A stretch of DNA of 64,000 nucleotides from the human T2T-CHM13v2.0 reference genome, Homo sapiens (GCF_009914755.1 NC_060940.1); one strand, 5' to 3'; counted from the first letter of the stretch, positions 13,140-27,011 are shown. Notes: generated by a model not told the origin, from the sequence alone. Numbers and translations: made by a program.

Positions 13140-13570
13140 CTGCATAAGCAATTTCAAATGCCCTGAAACTGCAAGAGATTCTATGTGAAAGAAATTTGAC
13201 AGATGCTTTTCTAAATTTGAAAACATTCCTAAAAATGTGCATATAACCAATAAAGAGTAGCAAAGCTAAAAGAAACCATTCTAAAAAATCCGTCATAAAT
13301 ATATTTCAATCAATCATGCTAGAGGAAGAACTGAATTATCCTTCTCTCTATGGAAAATCATTATAAATTTGTTGTCATATGAAGAGGCAATGACAGTATA
13401 AAACCAAAGACTCTAGGAGAAAAATATGAGAGATGTGTCAAGAAAATAATAAAATTATCTTGTTTTCCTGAATTTGTATCATATTTATTATATTTATCCA
13501 TTTTTTTAAATGAGTGATTTCTTAGATCTCTTCTTACTCTTAATTTAAAACTCACTTTTGTAACTAAACA
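13140..13570 (+). mobile_element. hAT-Tip100 (Arthur1-like) transposon 3' relic including transposase C-terminus
   Basis: Degraded frames resemble the hATC dimerisation motif (F.NL...LK...PI.S..A.R..SK...F.S.MLEE.LNY...LSYEEA). Confidence 0.65.
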
Positions 13571-14012
13571 ATTGTCAGAGGGCAGGGAGAGTGTTTCGCT
13601 GGGCTGGAAGTGACATCACACCCATGTGAATATGGTCTCTCCTGTCTTTTCATCCATGAAGCCAGAGTGGAAGACTTGGAGCAGGGCATGGCTTTCTGTC
13701 TCTTTTCCTCATTCTGCCTTCTACATCAAGGTAGCAGACTCAGGTGCACCCCAGACAGAGAGCTGGGGTAGGCAGCCTGGGACAGCCCCCTCCAGGAATG
13801 GGGCCCTCTCTCCTGTCCTGAGGCTCTCACACCTTCTCTTCCAGGGATCCTGGGTGCAGTCTTTTTTTCAACAAGGTGGCCCTGCCGAGACCTGGGTCTC
13901 CTCTTAAGTCACACGGATGGAGCAGACTAACCTGGGGTCCCTGGGGTCAACTTAAATTATCCAGAATCCTTCACAGTGTCTAGTCTGATACGCTGGAAAC
14001 CTGCTTTAGTTT

Positions 14013-14336
<324 letters not shown>

Positions 14337-15019
14337 TGCTTTAGTTTTCAGAGGTGAATCTCCCATTAACAACATACTACTTTGCTCTTTAATTTTTATT
14401 GTCCTGGGCAAAGAATTCTCCCCTAGACATCATAGAAGAGAAGATTGTTAGGGATCAGGATTCAGGACTTTCTGGGTCCTCTGACTGTTATAAAACCTCA
14501 CACTTGGAAAACTTGTTACTCTCTGAAAAAAAACAAAGTATGATCCAGGATGTGGAGACAGGACCCAGGTAGACAGGTTACTGGAAGAATGAAGACTTAA
14601 CCTCAATGCAGCAGATGGGTGAGTCTAGAGAAGAGAAAGAAGCCACTATAAAGGTGGGAAGTGGAGGGTGGGGACTGCCGAGAAGATCCTGTAAGGCCTT
14701 GAACACCAGGAACGCCCTCCTCACAAGACTTAGGGGCTTCATATTCTAACAACATCCCTGAACAACCCGCATGAATGCTCCCTGCCAGAAGTGCTAAAAC
14801 CGTCAATAGGAGCTAATTTCAGTTCTACTACCTGCCCCCCTCCTTATGATGTCATCCCAAAGACTCCGAGACAGACAACTGTGGAGAGATAGATGTCGGG
14901 GGATAAATGTCAATGGCCCCATTAATTCCCCAGGTCACTTTGCAGATTTCCTGTGTTCTGACATAAATAGTTTGTGCTATGTTCATAGTAATGACCATCA
15001 AACCTTAGCATTTAACATT

Positions 15020-15150
15020 TTACAATTTTTATGAACTCATTGGCTCCTTATAGCTCCATGATAAGTATAACGGTATAACAATTCTACAGATAAGAAAACT
15101 GAGTCCTGGAGAAGGGAAGTGATGGCCTGACCAAAGGTTGTCAAGTTTCC
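15020..15150 (-). mobile_element. MIR fragment
   Basis: attctacagataagaaaactgag...agaagggaagtga. Confidence 0.7.
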
Positions 15151-15535
15151 AAGTATTTTTATGCCTAGAAGTTTGTCCCTGTTTCTCTAATGTGAATGAA
15201 AATCCCTCCAAGTCTGGGAGTCAGAGTAATCTAGCCTGCAGTTTTCCGTGGAGGTTCTTTATACATAAAAGGTGGGGGCTGTCTCCAAATGTAATGAGCC
15301 CTAAAGAAAGGCCACCACCACCTCCACCTGTCCTTCAGACAATGGCAGATGAATGTTTTGTATAGCATTGATCTTCAGGACTTCTGAATCATAGAGCTCT
15401 CTCCTTTAAGAACTGTGGATTTTACAAAAACCTGTTGCTGGTCAGCTCTCTTCTCAGACAATAGAGCAAATTCACCTTACTCTTCATCCTCAATCATAAC
15501 TCATCTTGAATGGATAAACAAAGTAAGAACACAAA

Positions 15536-15851
<316 letters not shown>

Positions 15852-16402
15852 TCAGTTTGAAAGCTGCTGCACCCTAAGTGGCAACAGAGCAACACATTCC
15901 AAACATCCAGCCAGTGGCCAGGACCGGGCATCTGACTAGGAGGAGCCCATGTCCTTTCTCCAGCCCTGTGTGAGCTGGGGATGGTCCACTGGGCTCTCCG
16001 ATCCTCTGCTGCAGCCATGTCCAAGCCCCTGCCAGCCAGGAGGTCCTGTAGAGACTCATCCTGGTTGAATCAGAAAAAGAGTCATATCCAACTAAGAGGA
16101 CAGGGTAGGGAGGAGAGAGGGGACCACAGAGGTGTGAGCCATCCAGACCCAGAGCAGGGACACGTGCAGGGCAGCGAGCTCTGAACTCCAGACAGAGGCA
16201 GGACCAAGGGACACTGTCCACCAAAGTAGCCCTCAAAAATAGTTCCCACAGAGGCCTGTCCCCCAATTCCATCTCCTTTGGAATTTATCAATTCAATTAA
16301 TGGAATACATCAGGTCAGGGAAGGTTGTGGACTATTAGTTGTTCATACCGTAGTAGAAGTTGTTTAATTGCATTGCCTCCCTCTCTATCTGTCTATCTAA
16401 TG

Positions 16403-16617
16403 CAGGGGTGTCCAATCGTTTGGCTTTCCTGGGCCACATTGGAGGAAGAAGAATTGTCTTGGGCCATACATCAAATACACTAACACTAATGATAGCTGAT
16501 GAGCTAAAAAAGAAATAATCACAAACCTCACGATGTTTTAAGAAAGTTTATGAATTTTGTTGGGCCACACTCAAAGCTGTCTTAGGCCACATATGGCCTG
16601 CGGATAAGACAAGCTTG
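16403..16617 (+). mobile_element. MER30 (hAT-Charlie) DNA transposon, full length
   Basis: caggggtgtccaatc...gacaagcttg termini; perfect 8-bp TSD atctaatg at 16395-16402 and 16618-16625. Confidence 0.93.
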
Positions 16618-16779
16618 ATCTAATGTATTTATCTATCTATGTAATTCATGCTGACTATGAACAGCCCAGTACCCACAGGTGTTGAACATTAAAAGGTAAC
16701 ACAAACCTGTAGGTAAATTCCAGCCCCAACTGAAGCAGGGTAGAGATGCTTTAATAATTTACCTATTATTCATCCACCT

Positions 16780-17085
16780 CTTCCTGCCTCTTTCCACCCA
16801 TTTATCCACTTGTGCATCAGTGATTAATAATTCCAACTATGTGCCAGAGCCTTTGGATTAGCTCGGTCCCCTTTCCCAAGAATCTCATGATCTGCAGGGA
16901 GAGACAGATACGTGAACACTACAAGGTGACACAGTAGGGACACGGAGTGTCACAGAGGGCTTCTGAGAGGACGATTCGGGGGAGCAGGACCCTAAAAGAT
17001 AAGTAGAAGTTGACGAGGAGGAGGTGGTCATGAAAGGACATTCCAGGTGGAGGGAACCGCAGATGAAAAGTCAGAGAGTCTGGGA
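16780..17085 (-). mobile_element. L2 LINE fragment
   Basis: caactatgtgccag, gggagagacaga, ggacattccaggtggagggaac are antisense L2 3' motifs. Confidence 0.7.
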
Positions 17086-17764
17086 AGATCAGGGCCAAAT
17101 CCAGAGTTCACCCTGGGAGGAATTCTCTTTTATTGCTGGTTTGAGACAATAACTAAACTAATGTTTCCCACATTTTCCAGTCATAGGTCCTGTTTGGGGT
17201 TGACTTAACGTTAGAACTGTAACGGTAAAAGAAAGAAAAAGCAGATGGAACAACATCCCAGGAGTGGTAATAAGTAAGTCAAGTTCTGGGAATATTGAGT
17301 TAGTGAGCCAAGCTGATGTGGTTAATTCAAGCAGTCCTCCTACTAAGCAAAGAAGATGGAAAACTATGCCAAGCCAGTGGCTCGGCATGGGAGAGGCCAT
17401 AGTGGCAACCTTCCAAAAATAAAGTATTACATTGCTGACATATTAGCATTTATTTTCTGGGGCCCACTTAGTAGGAAGGGGCACTGTCCCCCAAATCCAG
17501 ACCACAGAAATATTTCCCACATTCACCCCATCATATAGAGCTTCCTCAAAGTTAAGAAATTCTATTTTTTAAAAATGATAAAACCCCAGCAAATATTATG
17601 AGCTACCATTTATTCTTATCTTTGAATATGTTTTTTAAATCAGATTGCTTTCCTAGCTCAGGCACCCCTTTTAGATTAACCATAACGAAAGACTGTGAGT
17701 TCGGATGGGACAAGGGAGATAGGAATTATGAGAAAGAGATCCCTAGCAGGGTCCAGTGTAGAGG

Positions 17765-18320
17765 TGTAAACCAAAGAGCGACCGCAGCAGGTCTCAATCG
17801 ATTCACAGTTTATTTATCCAAGGACACACCCTGGAAAAACAAACACAAATCGCAGGAGCATCTGTGATCTCTTTTCTAAAGGGGGTTTTGGGAACTTCAG
17901 TCTTTAAAGGGGGAAGACAGGCAGGAGGGGGAACAAAGGGAGGGAGGATAGGCAGTGAGGCAGATGGTTACATTTTTGTGAGGCTCTGCTAAGCCCACCC
18001 CCGTCCCGTCCCACCCCACCCATAAATCTACATTTTACATGTGAAAAGGAGTAGAGGAAAAGAAAAAGTCAATTTCTCATTGTCTCTTGCTTAGTAAATC
18101 TACATTTTATATAAGATAAACACATAAAAAGAGGGAGTAGAGGAAATGAGTCTGATATGGGATTGTGAAATTATAACTATGGGTTTAAGAACAAAAGGAA
18201 GACAATATTGGTGACTCAGTCCCCAAGCTTAACTTCCCCTTTAATATAGTAAATTTGGGTCCCAAGTTGTTTTTTGTGGGTTTTTTTGTTTTTGTTTTTT
18301 CTGTTTTTTTTTTTTTCACA
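17765..18320 (-). mobile_element. MER4-family (MER4B/D-like) ERV1 solo LTR
   Basis: tgtaaacca...tttcaca termini; gtgactcagtccccaagcttaacttcccc and aaatctacattttac motifs; imperfect 4-bp flanks gagg/gaga. Confidence 0.85.
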
Positions 18321-18529
18321 GAGATTAGGAAAAGCTTAGAGTCAGCAAATGCCAACCAGTCTCTTGGTCAAGGCAAGAGGAAAATGGGAGTGTGCTAAGG
18401 GCAAGCTTTGCCCACTCTCCACCCCCTAGAGTTTCAGTTCTGGGAGTTAAAGTCTGTGTCACAACTTAGGATCTTCAAGCTATGAAATGCCTGGATCTGA
18501 AGGAAACAGCTGCTGGATAGGATCATCAC

Positions 18530-18745
18530 CATCATCAACACTGATCATAGATTTTTAGCACTTCTTGTAGTTGAACAGTGCTAATTACTTCACATGAATA
18601 TTCTCAATCTCCACAACAACCCAGGAGGGAGGTGTTATAGTCCTCATTTTACAGATATGAACTCTGAGACTTGGGGAAGTTGCATGCCCTGGACTGCACA
18701 GCTTTGAGGAGCAGAGCTGAGATCTAGTCTGGGTCTGCTTTACTC
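18530..18745 (-). mobile_element. MIR
   Basis: ccacaacaaccc...cctcattttacagatatgaactctgagac...gcagagctgagat. Confidence 0.8.
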
Positions 18746-19060
18746 GTGTAACTGAAGTGCAGGTTCAGTCACTTGCCACTTGCAGGTCCAATTAACAAGA
18801 GCAAGGTCTGGTATAAAGAAGGTAATTTTTAAATTCCGAAGCCAACTTAAGGGAAGTAGTATAGGTTACACTACAAAGCATCTGCTTTTACTCACCTCTA
18901 GGCTATTTCCTTTTTGCAGGACTCAGACAGAGTGGGCACACATGCAGACTGGAGTAATCAGCATACAGTAAATATGTGAATGATTGGCAAGGGCACTGGG
19001 AGGATAATCGCCTCACCCCATCTGTATCAAAAACATGATGCTTTATATTATTGGAGAGGT

Positions 19061-19456
19061 TGTACTCATTGCCCAGGGCTGCTGTAACAAAGTGACTTCA
19101 GACAACAGAAATGTACGGTCTCACCATTCTGGAGGCTGGAAGTCCAAAATCAAGGTGTTGGCAGGGCCATGCTTTTCCTAACAACTCTAAGAAGAATCTA
19201 GCATTTGCCAGCAATACTTGGTAGTCCCTGGCTTGTAGATGCATCACTCACATGACCTCTGCACACGTCTGTCTCTGTGTTCAAATTACTCCTTTTATAA
19301 GAACACCAGTCATATTGGATTAGGGCCCACCCCAATGACCTCATTTTAACTTGATTACTCTGTAAAGATCCTAACTCCAAATAAGGTCACTATCTGAAGT
19401 ATGAGGGTTAGAACTTCAGCATATCTTTTTAGGGGGACATAATTCAACCCATCACA
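19061..19456 (-). mobile_element. MLT1B/C-type MaLR solo LTR
   Basis: gggctgctgtaacaaa, ttctggaggctggaagtccaaaatcaaggtgttggcaggg, ggattagggcccaccc, aattcaacccatcaca. Confidence 0.92.
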
Positions 19457-20289
19457 CACCTCAACTGCTAATGTTCCAAGTTCAACCTTGATTCACACAC
19501 TGCCTGCCTTTGGCTCCCACCTAACCCTGCTCTGAGAATAATGCTGTCCCAATGCCTCCGCAATGCTGGAGATCGTCTGGATCTGCGGTTGGAACAGCCC
19601 GTTCCCAGCCCTGAACCTCACCCGATCCAAGCTCATCCCTATTGTGCTGCCCATGGGTTTCAATGAGGTGGGAAGAGACCTCTCTACAGGCAACTCGCCA
19701 ATGTCACTTTTGTTCCCACTTGCTAACAGCATCTGGCAGCTCAGCACTAAAATCCTGGTGCCTCTGTCATAATCAGTTTTTTGTCTGCTGCTTCCGGTTG
19801 GGCAATTTACATGCAGCTGTGGACAGTCAGCCATTTCCCCAAAAGCTATTGTGTGCCTAAGAAGAAAAACTTGAGTCTTTTTAATTAACCACCGTCTCTC
19901 AACATGGAAGCCAAAAGCAAGCATATTCACTTTACCTCACTTCACCCACAGATGTTCCCCTGAGGTAAGGGGGCTGGGGGAACCATATGATATGGTAGCA
20001 TTTGTATTATGTTTCTAAGCACTTTTCCATCCATAAAGTCTTGGAAATAAACAGCACGGACAGGAATCCCCACTGGGCTGATGGGGAAACTGAGGCCAAC
20101 CCCTGCGATTAAATAATTGGCAAGTGGTCTCTTGGGCCAGGCATCATTCTATTTTGTCTTGACTCTCCCATTCATAAGGTCAAGAAAAACCTTATTATTT
20201 AAACAAATGCTGAGCAAGGATAACATCTAACATCCAGAACGGCCCCTGTTCTTCCAACTACATTGAGTTTTCATTTGGAGGAAAGCACT

Positions 20290-20666
20290 AAGTTTCTTTG
20301 TGCCCCCGTGCCTTTGTACTGGCTGTTCCTGCTACCTGGAAGTTACCTCCCTTCGGTATTCTTCCTTCAAGTTTCGGCTCATGAGTCAGAGCCCCCAGGG
20401 AGCATTTCTTAATGCTTCCGGCTGGGTCACCTCTCCCATCACATACTCTCACAGAACCTTGCACTTCTCCAAACATGTAGCACAATTGAAATTAGTTGAT
20501 TTGTTGTGTGATTATATGTTTAACAACATCTTTCCTGGGAGACCAAGAGCAGGAACCAAGATGTCTTATTCATTCCTATTTCCCAATGTCCTCATCTTCC
20601 TACAACTAAGCTTCACACGTGACTCAATGAATATCTGTCAGATGAATGAATGAATGAATGAATGAA
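20290..20666 (+). mobile_element. L2 3' end with (TGAA)n tail
   Basis: gcctttgtactggctgttcc...ctcaatgaatatctgtcagatgaatgaatgaatgaatgaa. Confidence 0.8.
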
Positions 20667-20899
20667 CATCATCTCCTCCGTCACCCCCTTCCCCCAACAG
20701 AACTACCTCTTCCTCTGCACTATGCCCCTATCCCCTAGCACTTTGTTGATAACCAGAATATAACTAAGGTGACAACACCTTCAAACAAAAAGTTGTGACA
20801 GTCACATGATACATAATCCATGTACTGAAATAAATGCTTGAAAGTGGGATCAGCATAAAGTTCATGACACAGAAGTGTTGTAATTGGTCGCATGTTAAT

Positions 20900-21020
20900 T
20901 TGGGTTGTAATTATTTTTTATTTGTCTCCTCTTCCACATCCTCGAGGATGGTGACCCTGTCTTACTCCTTCAGGACATAGCACAAATGTTTGTGAAATGA
21001 ATGAACTAATGAATGAATAA
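20900..21020 (+). mobile_element. L2 3' fragment
   Basis: ctcgaggatggtgaccctgtcttact...aaatgtttgtgaaatgaatgaa. Confidence 0.6.
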
Positions 21021-21469
21021 ACACATCCAGTAGTTGAAGTAGAAAATACTTTGCAATGCTAGCAAACATTGCCCAATAAATTGCCTTGGTAAAATAGAGG
21101 TGCTTCTGTTTTAATATCAGAATTTTCTTTAATAAGAGAGCACCTGAAAACCTGTTAGAATGAAGAATTTTCTACTCCATTTTCCCTGAAGGCTTTCTCA
21201 TAGCCTTACAAATTTGGGACTCTCATGTGCTATATTTCCATGCTGATCAATCTCAAAGCATAATGAGCATACGAAACCCAGAACTCACACTGTTAAGTAG
21301 AAATATGCACTCTCTGAGGACTTAAACATTATTCCTGGCCAAAATTGCTCCACATATTTAGGAATAGACACAGTAGCCAAAAGTAGAGCTAACGTTGGGT
21401 CATGGAAAGAAAAGAAACTTTGAAGTCAGATTGACCTGGATCTTCCAGGAGCCAATGCTTCTCTGACTT

Positions 21470-21635
21470 TATTAAGCACAGAATCACAGGGGGGCTGGAA
21501 GAGTGGGGCGTCTTGTTAGTGTGCAGATTCTGACTGCCTAGGACTAAAGTGGGGCCTGGTATTCTGCATTTTCAACAAGCTCCCATGTGATGCTAACACT
21601 GCTGGCCATGGACCATGGGCCACACTTTAGAGCAC
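21470..21635. mobile_element. MER5-type (hAT-Charlie) element
   Basis: gcagattctga...tggggcctggtattctgcattttcaacaagctcccatgtgatgct...ccacacttt. Confidence 0.75.
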
Positions 21636-22269
21636 ATAGCTTAATTTACCCAAACATAAGATGGGGCTGGCAACCCATCTCTTTGAGAGGCTATACTGAG
21701 AGGCTGTAGGGACACTGAATTGTGATCAAATGTGAACCTCGGCCTGATTGCCTCTCCCTCTCCTTTGGTGGGGTAAGAGTTCAGGTTAACAAATTCTGGA
21801 AAGAACCTTTGAGGTAGTTTATATCCTCACCTCTTTTCCAGAATGGTAGATTTAACAGAAAGGTCTTCTGGTGCAGGTAACTAGTCTTCCTCTTGGAAAC
21901 CTCCAAGTTCCAGGAGCAGCAAGGAGTCTCTTTTGGGTAAGTGACATAATTCTGTTCCATTCCCACTGGTCACTGCTGCTCTGTTAACCATTACATGCTC
22001 AATAGATGTTGCCTACACTAAAATATGACAAACAAGTGAACAGACACATAAGCCAAAAAATGCAAAAACAGGCAATCAAGCTTAATTCAAGTCTTATTAT
22101 TTCATATGTGTAGCATTCTCAAGCTTGGGTCTTTGCATTGTGTTTTATAGTGTGCAGACAATCACGGCTGGCATTTCTAAAGGGAGAAAGCAGAGGAAAA
22201 GAAAAACCACGACTTGACCATGAATGAGGTTTTGGGATAACAACAGACTTCTTGGCTGGTCATTCACAA

Positions 22270-22700
22270 CCATCCATTATATGACCTCCACCTGATTCTC
22301 TGGCCTTCCCTCTCACCACAGCCTCGTCCCACCATGCTCAGTCCATGCCATGCTGCTTCCTGGTCCTGAACAATCTGTCTCCCTGTCCTACCCCAGGGCA
22401 TTTGCACACACTATTCCTACCACTTTGAATCCTCTTCTCCACTTATCTGGGATATAAACACTGGCCCATCTTTCAAGACCTCATAGGTAAAGTCCTTCCT
22501 GACCCCTCCCCTGAAATGACCCCTCCCTGCTCTGGCCTGCCCCACCATACCCCCTCAGATTGCCACCACTTGTACCTATTTATAATCTGTTTCTGTGTCT
22601 GTTTCTGGCTCCTATACTGTGTTCACTGAAGCAGTCACCATGCCCTGTTTATCTGTATGTGCAGAGGTCACACCTCTATCTTAGGAGGTCTTAGTCTTTT
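22270..22700 (+). mobile_element. L2 fragment (tail resumes at ~23191-23215 after the Alu)
   Basis: cccagggcatttgcacacactattcc, catctttcaagacctca, tgtctgtttc; tail ttttgaataaatgaat after the Alu. Confidence 0.7.
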
Positions 22701-23190
22701 ATTTTTTCTTTCTGAGACAGAGTCTCACTCTGTCTTTCAGGCTGGAGTGCAGTGGCATGATCATGGCTCACTGCACCCTTGACCTTCTGGGCTCAAGTGA
22801 TCCTCCCACCTCAGCCTCCCAAGTAACTGAGATCACGGGCATGTGCCATCACATATGGCTTTTTTTAAAAAAAAAAAAAAAAAAAAAGTTCTGGGATACA
22901 TGTGCAGAACGTGCAGATTTGTTGCATAGCTATATATGTGCCATGGTGGTTTGCTGCACCTATCAACCCATCATCTAGGTTTTAAGCCCCGCATGCATTA
23001 GGTATTTGTCCTAATGCTCTCCCTCCCTTTGTCCCCCACCCCCCAACAGGCCCTGGCGTGTGATTATTTTTCGTAGAGACAGGGTCTCACCATGTTAACG
23101 AGGATGGTCTCGAACTCCTAGGCTCAAGCAGTCCTCCCATCTCAACTCCCAAAATGCTGGGATTACAGGCATGAGCCACTGTACCCAGCT
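22701..23190 (-). mobile_element. AluJ interrupted in its middle A-rich linker by an L1PA fragment
   Basis: Right arm 22701-22860, left arm ~23065-23190; TSD ttagtctttt at 22691-22700 and 23191-23200. Confidence 0.93.
22886..23064 (-). mobile_element. L1PA 3'-terminal fragment (~180 bp)
   Basis: aagttctgggatacatgtgcagaacgtgcag...gccatggtggtttgctgcacc...cctaatgctctccctccc is the antisense primate L1 3'UTR. Confidence 0.93.
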
Positions 23191-23269
23191 TTAGTCTTTT
23201 TTGAATAAATGAATCTATCCTTGTGGCAACACTACATCAATGCCTAACTCTATGCCCTGATCACATGAA

Positions 23270-23395
23270 ATTGCTTTTTCTTATTTTGCTGATATGTCTA
23301 TTTCCCCATTAGACTGTGAGCTCCTTGAGGATGGGTCCTGGGCCCTACCTCTTCGGTACCTGTTGACCCCCAAATATTTGTTTAATGAATACAAG
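23270..23395 (+). mobile_element. L2 3' end
   Basis: ccattagactgtgagctccttgagg...caaatatttgtttaatgaat. Confidence 0.75.
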
Positions 23396-24499
23396 TTGCT
23401 TTGGATCAAAGGCCAATAAGCCTCCCTCACAATACAAAGAATAAATGCATGATGATAAAGATTTTTAAAGGTTGTCAAGTGCATGTGTTGATTTATGGAA
23501 CAAATTAATACGACAGCATCAACACTTCCAGCCCTGCTGAATCAGTTTCAGCAATTATGTGTACCCAAGGCAGGGCACAGCTGCTTGCGAGACGCGACAT
23601 GAAAGAGGTCTCCCTTGGTTTGCTCAAAGGTCTTCAAGATATTTTTAGTTGACAAACAACCATGTGTCACTCATCAGTAAACCAAATTGTACAATTTGTT
23701 AGACAGTCTCTCATATTAATTTTGAAGGCTCTGTATGTGGCTTCAATCCCCCTGGGTGCTGAGTCTACCCCAAAGCCAGAGGCAGGACACATATACACTT
23801 GAAAAACCCTGACCCCATGGCTTCTTTTACCCACAGTCTTATCCCACCCATGTCAGTGCAATTTTGCACCAACTTCCACAGGGAATTAACAACATGGTAT
23901 AGATAATCAGTAAATTCTCTAAGAACCCCTGAAAATATCTAATGGTATGGGAGCTATCTAAGCTCTCCTGCCACAAAGTCTATTTAGAAGTTTTATCAAA
24001 AGAGACTATATAGTACACATTAAATGTTGCATGTGTGTGATGCGTATAGACACTGATCGTTCTGAGCCTCCAGCAATCCCCCAGATAACCCATCTCTGAG
24101 CCAATGGGAAGGGGCTTTGGAAAGGGAGCTATGGCATTTTAAAGCAAATCTCACAGGTGCCCGGAGATTCTGGAAGGTCACCGCATGAGCCGACATGCTG
24201 ACTTCCTGGTACCCAAGGCTCAAGCAAGGTAACAACGAATCTTGCAACGAGGCTCGCCTTGTCACAGAGCCAGCCTTCAGATGCGAGAGAGCAGCAGAAA
24301 ATCACTTGTGACCTTTTCAACGCAGTTGCTCCCTCACCTCAACTGCCCCATCTCCCAAGCTCTCCACAGGAATGGACTCTCCCTCCTGTCTTCTGGGGGT
24401 AAATATTTTTAAATAGGATTGCTTAATTTTATATATGCAAAAACTAGTTGTAAAATATGTGGGGAAAAATATAGTGGAAAGCAGAAGCAGAAGCACATT

Positions 24500-26350
24500 C
24501 AGAATATCCACAGCAATTATAACGCATCTAAAAATATGTTTCACAAGACAAATACAAGTGCTTTCTATGAAAATGTTCTAAAAGGCATTTTCAAAAGACC
24601 TAAAATGAGAGATTATATTATTGGATGTGAAGACACACACTGTGTATTTCTTTACTCTTCCCCAAATTAATTCATGAGTATGATGCTATGTCAGTCGGAA
24701 TTCCAATGGTTGTTATTTTAACTGAACAAATTGATCATTAAGGTCACTTGGAAAACAAATGTGCAAGAATAGTAAAGATGCTATGTAAAAAAAATACAGA
24801 AAGGAACTTGAGAGCAAGTTTCAGATACTGAAATGTATATTAATCTAAAATAATTAAAAAGATTTAGTAAGGATGGGGTTAGGATACAGCAACACCCTTC
24901 AGGCTATTTCACAGCCGATAGAGAAATAACTAAGACACGGAGACCAGGGGAACCCCGGAGGCCAAGCAGGAAGTCAGAAGGAGCAGCCGGATGGGGACCT
25001 GGAATTGACAGGGCAGCTGCTTGCTAGGTCTGCTTTGCTGAGTGCTATCAGATGTCTCTCAGCCCACTAACATATGTGACGGGAAAGAAATATATATATA
25101 AGGATTCCCAAATATTTCTTGCCCCTCATCTTTAAGGAAAACAAAAGAGTATCGTACCAGCAAATAAACAAACATAAATCAGCGTAAGAGAAGGAAGTAC
25201 AAAAAACACCTGTTACATATGAAAACTCAGTGAGTAGAAAATGGCTTTTCACATCAATCAGGAATAAACAGACTATTTAATAAAGTGTGTTGAAAAAATC
25301 AGCGATCTTTTGGAAAGAGATGATTGATATAAACATACGTATTTATAGATTACTATCTCACTCCGCACATAAAAATAAAATTTCAGTGGCTTAAAAATAT
25401 AGCTGTAAAATCACTACAAAGAAATGTAGAATTATTAAGACACGAGATAAAGAAGGCCTTTTTTGCCTTTTTCTTTCTTTAAATATTTTTTTTAAATGTC
25501 ACAGAAAACCCAGAAGCTATTAAGAGGGGGACAGTAATTGACACATCTGGCTACATAAAAACTTAAACCCTCTACCAGCCTGGGCAACATGGCAAAACCC
25601 CATCTCCACCAAAAATACAAAAATTCACCAGGCATGGTTGCACGCGCCTGTAGTCCCAGCTACTCGGGAGGCTGAGGTAGGAGGATTGCTTGATCCCAAA
25701 GTCAGAGTATGCAGCGAGCCAAGATTGTACCACTGCACTCCAGCAACCCTGTCAAAAAAAAAAAAAATCCTTAAACCTACTCCTTGTTGAAAGACATGCC
25801 AGATAAAGGCAATATATTTACAACTGGAAAAGGATAAATAGCTATAATATGTTGAAAATGCCTAATAAACAATGAAAGGAAAAGCACTCAACTTTAACCG
25901 ATCAAATTTCAAGTAGGCAATTCACAAAAGAAGAAATAGCCTATCAGTTTGTTTAAAGATTCTCAATCTCTTTAGCAATTAAAAATATATATACCAAAGC
26001 CATATTTTCCCTACAGGACTGAAAACAGGTTGGTGAGGGTGTGGAAACATCGTCCTCTTGTCCATTCACAGTGGAAGTTGAAATTGATGCAACCCTTTTG
26101 GAATGCAATTATCTAATATCTATTGAAAAACTTAGTCCTTGACCCTGCATTTTATTTCTGAGACTTTCTCAGTCAAAAATATTCCCTCCTATACTCAGAA
26201 ATACAATGCCACATGATTTGTAAATAGTAAAAATGGGGGGATATATTTTTTTCTTGAGTCAATTGTGTAAAATTACATAATATTCTTCAGTGAGTAGAAA
26301 GAATGAGTTAAATCTAAGTAAAATGATATGAACAGATGTCCATAATATGA
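24500..26350 (+). mobile_element. Highly degraded L1M ORF2 3' fragments (interrupted)
   Basis: cttccccaaattaat, aaattgatcattaagg, taggcaattcacaaaagaagaaata, aattgatgcaacccttttgga. Confidence 0.6.
25574..25767 (+). mobile_element. 5'-truncated AluJ
   Basis: accagcctgggcaacatggcaaaacccc...A tail; flanks cttaaacc at 25562-25569 and 25770-25777. Confidence 0.93.
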
Positions 26351-26663
26351 ATACTGCCTGACACTTCCCATTTAAATTCAAGACTACGGACTTGCTGTAT
26401 AATCACTTCTATATTGCATCCATATCTTCTTTCTTCCACACGAAAAATAACAGTTCTCAAGACACAAGAGATTAATTTTCATATCTCATAATTATTCATT
26501 TGCTTCATCCCACATTACATACATAACAATTTCGGAATAACAACATTAATACAACCTCCACCAATATGATTTCTGAAAGTCAAAAAGAAATTGTTTTTGC
26601 ATTTGATCTTCTTATTCTCCTCCCATTTTTATATATTTACATGGTCAGAGCATTTAGCAACTA

Positions 26664-27011
<348 letters not shown>

